DNA of 64,000 nucleotides from assembly GCA_900088475.1 (NCBI GenBank), contig FLMG01001356.1:1-64000 (forward strand). The letters are read 5' to 3'. A program made the translations under genes and the position numbers. Numbering within the stretch: the first letter of the stretch is position 1; each line of letters begins with the position of its first letter. Source of the stretch: Hyphochytrium catenoides. Taxonomy: Eukaryota > Protista > Hyphochytriomycota. Shown in pieces: positions 62,377 to 64,000 of the stretch. Under the pieces are notes generated by a model that was not told the origin of the DNA, made no database searches, and worked only from the letters and a program-made list of their open reading frames with translations.

Positions 62377-64000
62377 TCAGCTCGAACCTGCTCCCTGCTG
62401 ATTTTTATAAGAATAAAGAACGGAAAANNNNNNNNNNNNNNNNNNNNNNNNNNNNNNNNNNNNNNNNNNNNNNNNNNNNNNNNNNNNNNCCACGGAGGAG
62501 TGAGATATTCCATGATCCGCGGATACTGTCATCTGCAGAAGATAACATGCAGTACCATTCCAATAGATTGAATCAATCGCACCAAATGTTCCGGAGAGAG
62601 GCCGACAATAAAGCATTGTATCTGTGCCAAAGTCTGGAATATCTGAGAGCTTTTTGAACCGAACGAGGTCAGGATGTCCACGCACCTCAAGTGTAAACTC
62701 ATTGCTGGATACCGAATTCAGATGCTGTCCAACTAGGGATCTTGGTTCACTGGATACCATAAGAAACCACCGATGACAGAGCAACTCGTAGATGATATCG
62801 CACACAGCACTCGTATCACGATCGGCGGCCTTCGTTATGGCAAATTCTGAAACTTTGTCATAGCATTCATTTACAAGTCGATCCGTAACACGCTGCGCAA
62901 TGTGTGCAGATGCGAAATTCAAGATGAATCTTCCATACGGACCAGCTTCACTTTGCATGTCAGGAACCATGTGGAGGATATAGTGACTATAACTTTCCTC
63001 TGACATTGGTTTTCTGTTATTGACATAGTTGAGAATATGCAAAGAATTTGCCCTTTGGATTGCTTCCAACACCTTTTGCTTGTACGGGACGCGCTCCTTT
63101 TCAAAGCAGAACCGCGGTATTCCTCCAAAGAACTGGAACGCTTCCACAAGTTTATCAGAATCCACAGGTGATGTATCCTTAGCGTTGGCGATCTGGAGTT
63201 CGTCTAGGGTCCATGGCGGCATGAAGTACTCTCGGGGGCTAACCTTAAAGTATTGATTGTAACCCTTGACACCAGGTGATGCAAATAATATCGAAAGGCC
63301 ATTCCAGCCTGTAAGGTGACTGGATTGTGCATCAATCAAGCGTAGAACATTACTACGTGACTGATAGTCTGGTACTTCTTCTGCTGGGAGTACACTAAAG
63401 TAGTCACCACCGCCTTCTCCTTGTCGACGTTGATGGACGTGGTAGACGTTAGCATGATTGATCACAAGAACGCGATCCTCCACAGGGTTCTCCGTAACGA
63501 TGCGATGGATGCAATACAAGTAGAACCTGCTCTTGCCAATACCAGGATTTCCAGTGACCGTGAGGTTCATATTGCTGTAAGACTTAATGTTTGCAATGAG
63601 CCGATCAAAGATTTCCTCATAGCAAGAGCGAACAAATATCGTCTTGTGGAGGATGTCCGGATGCATTAGAGGAGGGAAATCCACCATCCTGATAAACTTG
63701 AATGTCACTTCCAACTCCTCCTCGCGACCACCATCTTCATCATCGTCAATCTTGACCTTTTTCGTCATGAGATCATAATCCCGACGAAACCAATCATCGA
63801 ACTTTCGCTTCTTTAGGCTCCTACTAGGAATCTCGTTAATTGCATAGAGCCTTTTGCGAACAGTGGCCGCAGATGATAATACGGCGGAGCGACTTATTGA
63901 AAGTTGCACCAGAATTTGTTGTTTCAAATGGATTAGACCATCAATTCTCGCAATGGTGTCGGGAGGTGCGGAAGAAGGAAGGGATCTTCGCTCATTCTGC
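62377..64000 (-). CDS. Crinkler/RHS-type protein: P-loop NTPase + PD-(D/E)xK-like endonuclease; intronless, 5' end beyond window, 3' end across an N gap
   Basis: IFVRSCYEEI, LTVTGNPGIGKSRFYLY (Walker A), ILFASP, YFMPPWTLDEL, FGGIPR, YCRPLSGTFGAIDS..LLQMTVSADH; frame open to the window edge. Confidence 0.88.
   Translation of the reverse strand, partial: QNERRSLPSSAPPDTIARIDGLIHLKQQILVQLSISRSAVLSSAATVRKRLYAINEIPSRSLKKRKFDDWFRRDYDLMTKKVKIDDDEDGGREEELEVTFKFIRMVDFPPLMHPDILHKTIFVRSCYEEIFDRLIANIKSYSNMNLTVTGNPGIGKSRFYLYCIHRIVTENPVEDRVLVINHANVYHVHQRRQGEGGGDYFSVLPAEEVPDYQSRSNVLRLIDAQSSHLTGWNGLSILFASPGVKGYNQYFKVSPREYFMPPWTLDELQIANAKDTSPVDSDKLVEAFQFFGGIPRFCFEKERVPYKQKVLEAIQRANSLHILNYVNNRKPMSEESYSHYILHMVPDMQSEAGPYGRFILNFASAHIAQRVTDRLVNECYDKVSEFAITKAADRDTSAVCDIIYELLCHRWFLMVSSEPRSLVGQHLNSVSSNEFTLEVRGHPDLVRFKKLSDIPDFGTDTMLYCRPLSGTFGAIDSIYWNGTACYLLQMTVSADHGISHSSVXXXXXXXXXXXXXXXXXXXXXFSVLYSYKNQQGAGSS

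Overview
Intron-rich nuclear DNA of a eukaryote, most likely a flagellated protist (SAS-4 and kinesin-16 present; lineage not determinable by eye), in the standard genetic code. About 16 tightly packed genes lie between repeat-rich patches at 1-1.36 kb, 16.1-19.8 kb and 60.3-64 kb. In order: MORN-repeat protein; a large minus-strand gene; intronless beta-lactamase-family hydrolase; AGMO; DUS1; PHF5A; MED6; CENPJ/SAS-4; KIF12-like kinesin; RS-type SR splicing factor; SDS22; TM+PH protein; SLC38/AAAP transporter; AzoR-like reductase; VIP1/PPIP5K; and a Crinkler/RHS-type NTPase+REase gene. The main discovery is the gene at 13091-5803. Manual splicing at GT-AG junctions gives one reading frame encoding AWS-SET-postSET (Set2/ASH1-type methyltransferase), Tudor, RRM, a two-box transcriptional cyclin and a CDK9/12-like pseudokinase. 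One junction crosses an assembly gap and is unverified. Other signals are CAG-to-TAG and directional C-to-T hypermutation of repeats, a foldback MULE-like relic, inverted repeat copies bracketing the 60-kb gene block, and a -1 frame discontinuity at a slippery heptamer in the hydrolase. All splice models and domain calls were made by eye, without database searches.
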